Part shown: piece after piece, positions 44,001-53,477 of the stretch
Layout: each line of letters begins with the position of its first letter
Numbering within the stretch: position 1 is the stretch's first letter
NCBI GenBank assembly: GCA_024653775.1
Contig: JANLHZ010000250.1
Coordinates: 595-64,594 of the forward strand
DNA from: Planctomycetota bacterium
GTDB lineage: Bacteria; Planctomycetota; UBA8742; JACQVU01; JANLHZ01
Reading direction: 5' to 3'
DNA: 64,000 nt
Translations under genes and position numbers: made by a program
Notes under the pieces: generated by a model
The model's input: the letters and a program-made list of their open reading frames with translations, nothing else
Databases searched by the model: none
What the model was told of the DNA's origin: nothing

Positions 44001-44627
44001 TTAGTCCTCGAATTCGCAGACGTCGCTGTGCAGAACGACGTGCTGGGCGCCGTCCGACCGGATCAGCCGCGTTTCGATTATGAAATGCTCGCGGAACTTA
44101 AGCTCCGGACCTTCAGGCGAGAACGCAAGGGCGTAACACCGGGTGGAGACTACAAGCGCGCAGTTCTGTCCGTTTTCCCTCTCGACCTCGTTTTTCGCGA
44201 GTCCGGGAATACCTTCGACCGCGGACTCTATTTTCGACTCGATCGCGCGAACGAGCGCTTCGATCCGAGACTTTCTGCGAGATTCAAGCTCGAACTTGAC
44301 GACCTCGGATCGCGCCTGCTCAGAGTCGATTTCGTGTACCAGAGGCTGCGCGAGGGCGACCGTGATCCGCCCGATTTTTCTATCGCGGACCAGGGTTACA
44401 ATCGCGTTCCGGAGATCGCCTTCGATGAATTCCGTCACTTCCGCCGGAAGCTCCGGCTCCACGTTTTGCCGTGGGGACGTTGGCGCTTCCGAGGCCATCG
44501 GATTCCGCTCGGCGACCACCTCGATCCGCGGCGGCAGTGTCGCGGGTTCGTTCGTTACAGCGCAGGCGGAAAGCCTCAGCCAGAAAAAAAAGAAAGCCAA
44601 AGTCACTATTCCGCGCTTTTGAAGCAA
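44001..44627 (-). CDS. lipoprotein (unknown function)
   Basis: Signal peptide with lipobox LSAC. TTG start (or GTG six codons downstream). Confidence 0.7.
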   Translation of the reverse strand: MLQKRGIVTLAFFFFWLRLSACAVTNEPATLPPRIEVVAERNPMASEAPTSPRQNVEPELPAEVTEFIEGDLRNAIVTLVRDRKIGRITVALAQPLVHEIDSEQARSEVVKFELESRRKSRIEALVRAIESKIESAVEGIPGLAKNEVERENGQNCALVVSTRCYALAFSPEGPELKFREHFIIETRLIRSDGAQHVVLHSDVCEFED

Positions 44628-44640
44628 ATTTCCGATCCCC

Positions 44641-44808
44641 TACTCCCTACTCCCTACTCCCTGTTCCCTACTCCCTGTTCCCTGCTCCCTACTCCCTTCT
44701 CCCTACTCCCTGCTCCCTTCTCCCTACTCCCTGCTCCCTACTCCCTGCTCCCTACTCCCTTCTCCCTTCTCCCTACTCCCTTCTCCCTACTCCCTTCTCC
44801 CTACTCCC
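44641..44808. repeat. 24 x 7-bp tandem repeat TNYTCCC (GGGARNA on the coding strand)
   Basis: Counted units are TACTCCC, TGTTCCC, TGCTCCC and TTCTCCC. The array fills the spacer between the stop at 44812 and the start at 44627. Confidence 0.95.
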
Positions 44809-44811
44809 TTC

Positions 44812-46317
44812 TTATTTGCCACCGTCGACGTAAGTCCCGCCTGACATTTCAGCGAGCCCCTGCAGAAGAATCTTGTCGTGGTCGGCGCCGATGCCCACGG
44901 TGTTGACGATCAGATGGCGGGAGAGGTTGAAATCGTAGAACGCGTTCAGATGCTCTTCCGCGGTGGCGTACTTGCTCAGCATCGGGACGCCGTCGGTGAG
45001 GAAGTAGATCGTGTCCGGGCTGTTCTGATAGTGGTAGGGATGGTCGATGTTCGCGCGTACCTCCTGGACGTCCGTGGTCCGCGCGGCTTCGACGAGCGCG
45101 TCCCAAATGTTCGTCGCGCCCATCGGCCCGAGCTTTTTCATGTAGTCGATCGCTTCCTGGCGGTTCGCGGGAGTCGCGAAAACGAGCTTGTCTTTCCAGC
45201 GCGAAACTCCGCTCGAATACACGACGAGATTGAACCGCGTTCTCTCCGGAAGGAACCACGCGGCGCGGGTGAATTCCGCGACCGCGAGATCGAACTTGCT
45301 GAAAATCCTCGCCGGCTCTATCGGCGGCGGGCCGGTGACGTCGGGACGGAGCGGGTCCGCTGTGAATTGCCCGCGGAATCTGTCGCGAACGCTCGTGTCC
45401 ACAGGATCGGACATACTCCCGGAAATGTCGATTACGAAACAGATGCGATCGCTCGAAATCTTCATTCCGTAGTACGTCGGCGGCTGGGGCTGTGCGTAGT
45501 CGCCACCGCCGGGGACGAACGCGTTCCCCGCGGCGCGGTTTCGAAGGACGCTGCGCCACCAGCTTTCCCACGCGTCGGGGTCGGGACCGAGATTTCCGCT
45601 GGTGATCCGCTTCAGCGCGTCCACGAGAATTTCGCTCACGAGTTTGCTGCTAGATTTCCGCAGCGCTGAGCAGAGCTGGAATACGTGCTCCTCCTTCGCG
45701 GTTTTCGATAGCGCCCGCGCGCAGCCGTGCTGAAGCGCCCACATATCGTGATCGATCAGCTCGAAGAGTTTGTCTACGTAGAAGTCGTCTTCGGAAAATG
45801 CGACCGCGTCGACCGCCGCGATGAGGAGCTGATGGTCCTCGGAATCGAGGAACTTCGTCAGAGTCTCGCGGACCTTGTCGCTGCCTTTGATATGCCCGAT
45901 CGCGAGAAGAAGCTGCGCCCCGAGTTCGTACGTCAGGCCGCGGCGCGAAAGGTACTCGCAGAGGTCCTCTATAGATTCCTGAAGAGTCGTCTCGCCGAGC
46001 GCGGATACGCAGTCTCTCCGAACTTTGTAGCTCTTGTCACGGGCGAGAATGTCGAGGAGCAGGTTGGTTGCTTCCGCCTTCTCGATTCCAGAGAGCATTC
46101 TCACAGCGTCGATTCGGAGCTGTTCGAGCCGCGCGTATTCGACGCTGTACTGCGGAGTCCCCGTGGGCGCGAGTTCCACGGACCCCGCCTCGTACATCTG
46201 GGCGACCTGCCTTCGAAGTTGCTGCCATTCCCTGCGGTCCATTTCTTCCGCGAGCGCAATGGGCGCGAAGTTCGCGAGTCCAATGGCTATGAACAAAATA
46301 ATTCTGAGGTTTGGCAT
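44812..46317 (-). CDS. HEAT-repeat / von Willebrand factor A domain protein
   Basis: Signal peptide, HEAT-like repeats (VRRDCVSALGE), and the VWA MIDAS motif (ICFVIDISGSMSD). Confidence 0.85.
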   Translation of the reverse strand: MPNLRIILFIAIGLANFAPIALAEEMDRREWQQLRRQVAQMYEAGSVELAPTGTPQYSVEYARLEQLRIDAVRMLSGIEKAEATNLLLDILARDKSYKVRRDCVSALGETTLQESIEDLCEYLSRRGLTYELGAQLLLAIGHIKGSDKVRETLTKFLDSEDHQLLIAAVDAVAFSEDDFYVDKLFELIDHDMWALQHGCARALSKTAKEEHVFQLCSALRKSSSKLVSEILVDALKRITSGNLGPDPDAWESWWRSVLRNRAAGNAFVPGGGDYAQPQPPTYYGMKISSDRICFVIDISGSMSDPVDTSVRDRFRGQFTADPLRPDVTGPPPIEPARIFSKFDLAVAEFTRAAWFLPERTRFNLVVYSSGVSRWKDKLVFATPANRQEAIDYMKKLGPMGATNIWDALVEAARTTDVQEVRANIDHPYHYQNSPDTIYFLTDGVPMLSKYATAEEHLNAFYDFNLSRHLIVNTVGIGADHDKILLQGLAEMSGGTYVDGGK

Positions 46318-46511
46318 CGAGCGTCCCCAAGTATGTATCTGGGCGTGCCCACAAATTACCCCGCGGCGCTCCTACGTGCAAATGATAACTCCCGCCGTCG
46401 TTGATTTAACATTATATTCGTACCGTCTACGAATTTATTGTAATATTACCAGTATCTCCAGAAGAGATGGCGCATACTATCGAAGGTCGAAGCCCTGAAA
46501 ACCAAGCCGCG

Positions 46512-48590
46512 TCAATAAAGTTCCCGCAGCATGTTTCCGTTCACGCGGAAGTGCTGGTTTCTAGCGGTGAGACTTCGCGCTGAGCAGCCGAACTTGCTCG
46601 CAATTTCCGAAATGCCGCGAACGATGTTCAGACGGACCGGGTAATCGGTTTCGAGAGCGAATCTCTCCAAAAGCACGTTCGCTGAGGATTTGCATCTCGC
46701 GATCCCGAACCCCTGCGCCGCCGCAGCGCGGATGGTCGCATCGGATGAGTCGAGAGTCGATAACCTGACTTCGTCCGGAATCTCCGCGCTGTTCTGAAGT
46801 ATCGCGAGTCCGAGCGACGCCGCTTCCGCGACGTCCGCGTTCCCTCCCGCGAGCTGCACTCTGAAAAACTCGAAATCCTCCGCGCGCCACGGGAACGCGG
46901 TATTTCGATGCGCGATCGCCATCGCTGTCAGGCAGCTTCTCCGAACGTCCGCGGCCTCGGCTCGATACTGCGCCCTCGCTTTCAGGATATCCCGGACAGC
47001 GCTGAAAGTCGCTTCCCCTCTGTTTGGAGCAATCATTCCGAGGGAGATCGCACACGCAGAGAGAACCGACGCCTCGACTTCGTTTCCGCCTGTGAGTTTC
47101 CTCGAAAGCTTTTGAACGAATCTCTCGACGAGCTGCGCCGGCATCGTGCGGTTCTGCGACATTATCGCCATCGAAATCGCCGCGTAACCACGATCTTCGG
47201 TTTCGCCTTGCTCGACATAGTATTCGAGCGCGTCCGCGATTCCTGCCGCGAGCCTGGGAGCAGCGCCAATCGACCGCGCAAGCGCAACCATCATCATCTG
47301 CCGCGTGAAGGCGTCCTTCTCGCTGTCCGCCGAGACTGGATAAATCTTCACGAGCGTTCTTTCCGCGGATATGCGTGAGGGATAGTCCGCCGCGAGCGCG
47401 CCGAGTGCGATCGCGATCGCTTGCCTCGACGACGTTCGTAGAAGCTGATCTTCGAACTTCGAAGAAAGGAAGTCCGCGTTGTTCGCGCCGCCGATCTTTC
47501 CGAGCGCGCAGAACGCGTGGGCGGAGACGTCGTAGGAGTAGTGGGAAGTCAGCGCGCGGATGCTTTCGGACGCGGAAAGGTCTTTCGATATCTCCGCCGC
47601 GCTCATCGCCGCGATCAGAATCTCCGGCCTCGCGGAAGAGTCTTCCAAAGCCCTTCGAATGACGCGAAGAATCTCCTCTGGACTGACGCCGCGCTGCTTT
47701 TCCCGTTCCGCTAGGAAACCGAGTCCGACGAGTCCGTAGCATCTGACGATGAGGTCTTCGGACGAATCGAGAATTCGCGCTTCGATCTGAGTGGCCGCTT
47801 CGATTTCGCCGAGCATTCCGAGCGCGAGATTCGCCGACGCGCGCACCTTTGTCGATTCGTCCGCGAGAAGATTTTCGAGCATAGTTCTCGATTCGCTTCC
47901 TCCCCATTGTCCGATCCCGGTCGCCGCGGCAGCGCGGATTTCCGCGTCCGCGTCCTGCTTTGCGATCTCGAAAAACCCGCGGTAATCGCCGTCCTCCGAA
48001 GGCTCTCCGAACGCGACGAACTGCTCGCGATTTCCTGAATTCCACCATCCCCGCCACGTGCTACGGACGTCAGAGATGGAATCGACTGTCGAAGGCATGC
48101 TCGAAACGTCGAACGGCCTCGCTGGCGACGCCGGTAGCGTCGTCGCGCGAGGAGCAGCCGAACTTATTTCCGGCGCTTGACTCCGCGTCGGCGAACTCGT
48201 TTGAGACGAATCCTGCGAGCTTGGCGTCGTCTGCGCGAACGTCTCGCTGGGAAGTGGCTCTCCGGAGGTCGTCGTGACAGCCTCGTGGCTCGAATCCTGC
48301 GCGACCGGGGTCGATTCCGCAGTTCCGGAAACTACAGGTGACCTCACGGCTTCCGGAGCGGGTGGAAGTCCGTAGACCTCCCGCGGCGGTGGGACGTGCA
48401 CCACCTCCGGCGCTCCCGCTGGCGAAGGCTGGGGATTCTGGCGCACCTCCGGTCTCGGCGGTCTTTGATTCTCCGGCCTCGGCGGCCGGGGCGTCCAATC
48501 CCGGAAATTTTCGCCGTGGCCGTGCGCGGAATCGCAGAGCAGACCCGTCAGAACGAACAGAATAGTTATTGTCGAAATGCGATAAATCAC
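46512..48590 (-). CDS. HEAT-repeat protein with Pro-rich N-terminal region
   Basis: Signal peptide, PRPPRPE repeats and multiple HEAT-like units (EIRAAAATGIGQWG, KVRASANLALGMLG). GTG start with an AGGAG RBS. Confidence 0.8.
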   Translation of the reverse strand: MIYRISTITILFVLTGLLCDSAHGHGENFRDWTPRPPRPENQRPPRPEVRQNPQPSPAGAPEVVHVPPPREVYGLPPAPEAVRSPVVSGTAESTPVAQDSSHEAVTTTSGEPLPSETFAQTTPSSQDSSQTSSPTRSQAPEISSAAPRATTLPASPARPFDVSSMPSTVDSISDVRSTWRGWWNSGNREQFVAFGEPSEDGDYRGFFEIAKQDADAEIRAAAATGIGQWGGSESRTMLENLLADESTKVRASANLALGMLGEIEAATQIEARILDSSEDLIVRCYGLVGLGFLAEREKQRGVSPEEILRVIRRALEDSSARPEILIAAMSAAEISKDLSASESIRALTSHYSYDVSAHAFCALGKIGGANNADFLSSKFEDQLLRTSSRQAIAIALGALAADYPSRISAERTLVKIYPVSADSEKDAFTRQMMMVALARSIGAAPRLAAGIADALEYYVEQGETEDRGYAAISMAIMSQNRTMPAQLVERFVQKLSRKLTGGNEVEASVLSACAISLGMIAPNRGEATFSAVRDILKARAQYRAEAADVRRSCLTAMAIAHRNTAFPWRAEDFEFFRVQLAGGNADVAEAASLGLAILQNSAEIPDEVRLSTLDSSDATIRAAAAQGFGIARCKSSANVLLERFALETDYPVRLNIVRGISEIASKFGCSARSLTARNQHFRVNGNMLRELY

Positions 48591-48807
48591 GGGAACTCCT
48601 TTTTCAGGAGTCCAAACCCTCCGCGGTACTTAAAGCAAACGCGGTGCCCGTTTTGCGAAACTCTGTGAACCAGTGGGCATTCGCCGAACCACGTAGCCCG
48701 GCGGCTCGGGCATCTTACCCGTGTCCGGAACAGTAACGTTGAAGTTGTCGTGTTAAACCGACGCCGCTCGGAAGAAGGATGGTTTTTGCCGGCTGAATTG
48801 TAGACTA

Positions 48808-48842
48808 AAATTTAGACTTAGCCTTAGTCGTAATCTTTTAAG
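48808..48842. repeat. conserved 35-nt block inside an AT-rich intergenic island, copy 2
   Basis: AAATTTAGACTTAGCCTTAGTCGTAATCTTTTAAG matches 11614-11648 at 34/35 positions. Confidence 0.6.
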
Positions 48843-48931
48843 GCATTAATTTCCTATCTATTATCAGTTAATCAACTAATTATTCTTATTATAATACTTA
48901 TAAAGCATGATAGTATCCGTGCATATATTTT

Positions 48932-49080
48932 GTAACTGTTCACCTGTTCACGGGGTAGTTCGCGTTCGTAGTGGCGCCGTAAGGCGTTTCTTTGATCCAC
49001 CACACCACGAAAATATGCTCTCACGAGCACACTACTACAGAATCCCGCTATAGACTGCGATCTACCCCGTGAACAGTTAC
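48932..49080 (+). mobile_element. MITE, 18-bp TIR GTAACTGTTCACGGGGTA, 8-bp TSD TATATTTT
   Basis: Terminal inverted repeats at both ends. TATATTTT directly flanks both ends. There is an internal CTGTTCAC duplication in the left end. Confidence 0.75.
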
Positions 49081-49345
49081 TATATTTTATTGTTGTGCCA
49101 ATTCAGTGATTCACAGCACGTCTGCTGGAACTTTTCAGCCCTCAAAGACGGACCTTTGAAATAGAAGTGAATTTTCCAGACGGCGTGAATGCCTGGGAAG
49201 TGTTTCACCGAACGAAATCCCAAATCGCATTTCCGTGCGCCACGCCGCGGTTATCGAACCGTCAATCGTTACCAACCGCGGAATTCGTTACGAATTCGTT
49301 ACAGACTACTGTATGAATCCCCACACGCCCTCCTGGCGTAGTTCC

Positions 49346-49373
49346 TCAAGTTCCAGGCCAAAAACGCCGATAA
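49346..49373 (+). promoter_or_regulatory. sigma-28 (FliA)-type promoter
   Basis: TCAA-N16-GCCGATAA compared with consensus TAAA-N15-GCCGATAA. It lies 100 nt upstream of the ATG at 49473. Confidence 0.6.
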
Positions 49374-49445
49374 ATGTTATACTTATGTTGTGACGGGCGT
49401 TTTCCAGGAATCGAGCCTTGTCAGAATCGATAGTTCCATCAGGCG

Positions 49446-49465
49446 CCGATTCCCAGGATCATCGG
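49446..49465 (+). promoter_or_regulatory. leader hairpin with GGA in the loop
   Basis: CCGAT-TCCCAGGATC-ATCGG, 8 nt upstream of the ATG. Confidence 0.35.
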
Positions 49466-49472
49466 GCAAAAT

Positions 49473-50879
49473 ATGTTTAATCCGATAACTACAAGCCAGG
49501 CGGGGATTTCACTCCTCCAGAACGCGGTCCAGATCGCGAGGGCAAGGCACGCTCCTGAGCCGACGAAGCACATGCTCGAAGTCACGCAGCTCGTCTTTGG
49601 CAAGTCGCCGGAACTGTACGGAGTGTACGCGGATTTCCAGAGCGGCAAGTTCGACGTTTTCAAAAACAGCATTCCCGCCACCGACACCATCCTGAATAAA
49701 GCCACAACGGGCATCGGGCAGATCGTCGACATACTCGCGGAACTCCAGAACCTCGCGATCGAGGTCGATTCCGTCGGCGAGCTTTCCGACAGCCAGAAGG
49801 AAACCGTCAATCGAATCACGGACCTCGCGTTCTCCCGGATAGGTCAGATCGTCAATTCGACCACTTATTCCGGTCGGAACCTCATCGGAGATTACAGCGA
49901 AGACAACGTTAAGGACGTCAGCAGCGGAATCGCAGACCTGAACGTCACGAGCGTCGACATAACCGGGTCGAGCAAAACTATTGCGATCAGTGTGCAGTCT
50001 CCCGCGAGTGCCGCGGAAATCGAAGCCGCGTTCGGGGATCAGGATTCCGCGTCGACCATCCGCATTTCCGGCGTTGAAGGCGTTGCGACGGTCGAGATCC
50101 CCGCGGGCGCGATGGCGAAGGAAGTCGTCGCGAGGATCAATATCGCAGCCGCGCAGACGGGAGTGATCGCGGAGCTTGAAGGCGCCACCGCGAAATTCGT
50201 GTCTACATCGGGAGTCGGGACGGAATCGTTCGCCAAGTTCGAACTCCTCGAAGGAAACTTCACCGATTCCGCGGGCAACACCCTTGCGGACCAGACCGCG
50301 TACGGCGCGGACGCGATCGCGTTCGTCAACGGGCAGCAGGTCGTGTCCGCCGGAAACACGCTCTACATCGACACCGGCGGCGTGCAGGCGAACCTCAGGA
50401 TCGACGACTCGGTTACGGGTTCGACTTCGCTACGCTTCACCGTCTTCGGAAATTCGGCTTCGAATACGAATGGTCCGGACCCGATCGCGAACAACAAGGC
50501 GCTCGCAGATCTAATCGAGGAACTCGACGCTTCCCCGGAGGCGCTCGGTCTTGGCGATCTTAAACAGGGCGAACTCGCGGAACTTGCTTCGAATCCCCGC
50601 GCCGCGGTGGAGATCATCGGCGTCGCGCTCGACAAACTCTCCGAGCACATCGACGCGATCGACAGATTCATGCAGGGCGAGGGCTACGTCTCTCCGGAGA
50701 CCGCGTCCTTCCAGAGGCTCGCGACCGCGGGGCTGACCTCGCTAAATGGCGAAGCGCCGTCATACACCTACGGCAGCGCGGAATCCACCGCGTTCCTGAT
50801 GAACAACGCGATGAGCCTCGGAATCTATCACGATATGCTCCCCGGACCGCTTTCGAAGATGTTCCAGTTCTTCTTCTGA
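49473..50879 (+). CDS. divergent flagellin/FlgL-family protein
   Basis: The N-terminus MFNPITTSQ resembles FlgL. The segment IVDILAELQNLAIEVDS...SQKETVNRITDLAFSRIGQIVNSTTYSGRNLIGD matches the flagellin N-domain helix pair. The conserved flagellin C-terminal helix is not evident. Confidence 0.7.
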   Translation: MFNPITTSQAGISLLQNAVQIARARHAPEPTKHMLEVTQLVFGKSPELYGVYADFQSGKFDVFKNSIPATDTILNKATTGIGQIVDILAELQNLAIEVDSVGELSDSQKETVNRITDLAFSRIGQIVNSTTYSGRNLIGDYSEDNVKDVSSGIADLNVTSVDITGSSKTIAISVQSPASAAEIEAAFGDQDSASTIRISGVEGVATVEIPAGAMAKEVVARINIAAAQTGVIAELEGATAKFVSTSGVGTESFAKFELLEGNFTDSAGNTLADQTAYGADAIAFVNGQQVVSAGNTLYIDTGGVQANLRIDDSVTGSTSLRFTVFGNSASNTNGPDPIANNKALADLIEELDASPEALGLGDLKQGELAELASNPRAAVEIIGVALDKLSEHIDAIDRFMQGEGYVSPETASFQRLATAGLTSLNGEAPSYTYGSAESTAFLMNNAMSLGIYHDMLPGPLSKMFQFFF

Positions 50880-50909
50880 TCTGGCGAACACGCGAATGGG
50901 ATGGCGTTT

Positions 50910-53249
50910 TCACTTGTGGCCGAGCCATACGAGCCAGTTGTCGGGATTGCGGTTCTCAGCCAGCGATCCGAACGTGTGCCCGGAATTCAGGATCGTCGCA
51001 AGCGCTATCGTATCGCGATATGAAGCCGTGGGGTCGATCGTCTGAAAATTCGCAAGCTCCGCCACCAAGTCCACGTCCGGCTTGATAAAACCGAGCGCAA
51101 GCCCCGCGTTGATCCGCGTCTCGTTCGAAAGAGCGCTGTCGAAAACGATTTTCCGGAGCGAAGCCGCGCAGGGAACGCTTCTTCGCTTTACAGCGATTGC
51201 GATCGCCGCGTCGAATATCGTCGGCTCGTCGAAATAGACCGCGCCCGTCCGAAGTGGCGACGAGTAAAAATCGATCTGAATCGCCCTGCTCGACTCGAGA
51301 GCGCCGCTGCCGAAAATCTCGACAAGTCGATCGTCCATTTTGGAATCACCTGTAAGGTACGCGGCCATCAGTCTGTGCAGGGTTCCGAAGCGCTGGATGT
51401 TCTCGCCGAACGTTTCCCAGAGGCTCGCGCCGATCATCGTGTCCGTGAACTGATAGCCGAACTGGAACAGTTCCAGCGGCGAAAGTTCATATCCGCCGCC
51501 GGTCGGGTCGTTCGAGAAGTTGAAGTTCGGTTTCGGGATCTTCTCCTGCTCCAGGTCGATGGTCAGCGCGCGAAAATTTCTGCCGAGCAAATTCCGCGTC
51601 GCAGTCATGTGCACGCCGATCAGATTTCCCGCCGGCGGTAGCTTGCGCTCATCCGCGGCGGTTTCCTGGAGCAGATTCTGCCACAGCTCCGGGTCGGCGT
51701 TCGTTTCGTCGTCTCCAAGCGACCAGCCAAGAGTCTTCACTATGCACCGCGCGACGAATTTTCGCGCTTCCAGGACGGTATCGATCGACCGCCGGTTATT
51801 CGTTACAACCGCTCTCGATTCGAGGAAGGCCAGAAAATCGATCATCGCCGGCGCGTAACGCGGATCCTCGCGTTTGCTAAGCTCGAAGATGATCTTCAGT
51901 TGAACATCGTAACTTTCGTACGCGGGTTGATCGATTTTCACTTCCTCGATGAAATCCTCCGTGCGAAGCAGCGCCAGGGTCGCAAAATTCCGGACGTCGT
52001 CCGAAATGCTTCCTTCGAACTCGCGCAGAATCTCGGCTGCCCTCGGGTCCGCAAGATCGATCAGAATTTTGATAAGCCCAAGCAGTCTCGCTTCGGCGTT
52101 CAAGTCTCGTAAAGCTATCATCCTCGCGTCGCCGTTCGCATTCGACCTGAATCCCTCGAAATCCCTGTCGATTCTGATAGCATCGACTACGCTTGGCGTA
52201 ATGTAGCGATCGAACATCAGGATAGACATGCGCGGTGGCGCACGACGAGTCGGCGTCCTCGAAATCGTTATAATTTCGTTTCTGATTGCCTGCTCGATGG
52301 TCGCGGAAGCTATCCAGCTCGAAACTTGATTCGCCTGGACGAGAATGTCCGGATAAATCTTCTCCGGCCGGAACGCCCTTCGAAGTTCTTCAGCGGTCAG
52401 AGGCGAAACGAACGCCATCCGAGTGTCCGCTTCGAGCGGCGGCGCGTACGCCACCGGTGCACGAGGGGGTTCCGGGAAGTCTGTGATACGTCCGATGAGC
52501 GATCCCACCGACTCTTCAGCGGGAAAGCTGTCCAGAATCCGTCTCGATGTCATTCTCGCCGCCTGACCGGTGGCTCCGCTGACGAAAACCGGGTCGCGAT
52601 AATCGTAGCTCGGGTTAGGCTTCAGAACGATGCGCGGAACATCCCGCGCGATCGCGTCCGGAAGGTAGTTGCTTGTGAACTCCGGGCTGATTGTCGACTC
52701 GATGACTTCGAATCGCATCCTTAGTTGTAGCAGCCTTGCATTGTTCACGGAGGGTGTCTCGACGAATCTGATCTCCGGCGCTCTCGCGTTCATTGCCTGC
52801 GACGTCTCCAGGTCGAGGTCGAACTGCCTTTGAAGCTCCCGTTCCTCCCACGGGGACAACGATTCGCTTTCAAAAGCCGCGATTTCACCTACGGAGTCTC
52901 GCGCGTTCGTGTCGATGACGCCGAAAACGACGAAGAGCAGCGCCCCGAATGCGATCATCGCAAACGCGATTGTGAGAATCAGCTTTTTCTGGTCCGCTTC
53001 GTTTATGGATGCGAGCGTGTCGGAGACGTTTGCGCCAAGTTCGCGCACTTCCGCCAGCACGCCGTCGGATTTTCGCGATTTTGTAGTCAGATCCTGAAAC
53101 GAAGTCACGACGCCGTTCACACGGTCTGGTTCCGCGCGGGTGGATCTTTTTTCGGGCATTGCAGTGAGGATCGGGGCGCCTTTGACAATTAAAGAATACC
53201 ACATTCCGTTCTGCCCTGCAAGGCCTGAAATAATGTGAAACTTCTCCAT
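50910..53249 (-). CDS. large hypothetical protein with a single N-terminal TM helix
   Basis: 779-aa ORF. TM helix LILTIAFAMIAFGALLFVVFGVI. No domain recognised. The start may be the internal Met at MPEKRST. Confidence 0.7.
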   Translation of the reverse strand: MEKFHIISGLAGQNGMWYSLIVKGAPILTAMPEKRSTRAEPDRVNGVVTSFQDLTTKSRKSDGVLAEVRELGANVSDTLASINEADQKKLILTIAFAMIAFGALLFVVFGVIDTNARDSVGEIAAFESESLSPWEERELQRQFDLDLETSQAMNARAPEIRFVETPSVNNARLLQLRMRFEVIESTISPEFTSNYLPDAIARDVPRIVLKPNPSYDYRDPVFVSGATGQAARMTSRRILDSFPAEESVGSLIGRITDFPEPPRAPVAYAPPLEADTRMAFVSPLTAEELRRAFRPEKIYPDILVQANQVSSWIASATIEQAIRNEIITISRTPTRRAPPRMSILMFDRYITPSVVDAIRIDRDFEGFRSNANGDARMIALRDLNAEARLLGLIKILIDLADPRAAEILREFEGSISDDVRNFATLALLRTEDFIEEVKIDQPAYESYDVQLKIIFELSKREDPRYAPAMIDFLAFLESRAVVTNNRRSIDTVLEARKFVARCIVKTLGWSLGDDETNADPELWQNLLQETAADERKLPPAGNLIGVHMTATRNLLGRNFRALTIDLEQEKIPKPNFNFSNDPTGGGYELSPLELFQFGYQFTDTMIGASLWETFGENIQRFGTLHRLMAAYLTGDSKMDDRLVEIFGSGALESSRAIQIDFYSSPLRTGAVYFDEPTIFDAAIAIAVKRRSVPCAASLRKIVFDSALSNETRINAGLALGFIKPDVDLVAELANFQTIDPTASYRDTIALATILNSGHTFGSLAENRNPDNWLVWLGHK

Positions 53250-53477
53250 TTCGTCCGTGAATCGAATTATCTGAGGTTATAAGATTTTCTGTGACCGTTC
53301 GCGGGGTTGCCTGGGAGTGTAGACGTCCTCGTCTGCGCAATTTCTATTTCACCACTAGTGTTTGCGGTTACACGAGGCTTTGTTTATCCATCAAGCGAGG
53401 ACGGTTGATGGATTTCGCGGACGGGACGTCCGCGTTCCCATTACGTAAACAGTTACAGATTTTCTTAAAAGGAAAAC

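Noticed and set aside
44641-44808. Possible CRISPR array (also considered for the other repeat clusters).
   Set aside because: The units are 7 bp and contiguous, with no spacers. No 25-40 bp repeat/spacer periodicity and no cas genes are present in the window.
43956-44906. 316-aa plus-strand ORF that translates the heptamer array as PYSLLPTPFSLL repeats.
   Set aside because: It is antisense to a well-formed lipoprotein gene (signal peptide plus lipobox) and then runs through an intergenic tandem repeat. The repeat is better explained as non-coding.
46561-48057. 498-aa minus-strand ORF, plus 44849..45571 and 12385..13860.
   Set aside because: They are out-of-frame overlaps of genes with clear HEAT/VWA or polytopic membrane features, with arginine-rich low-complexity translations.
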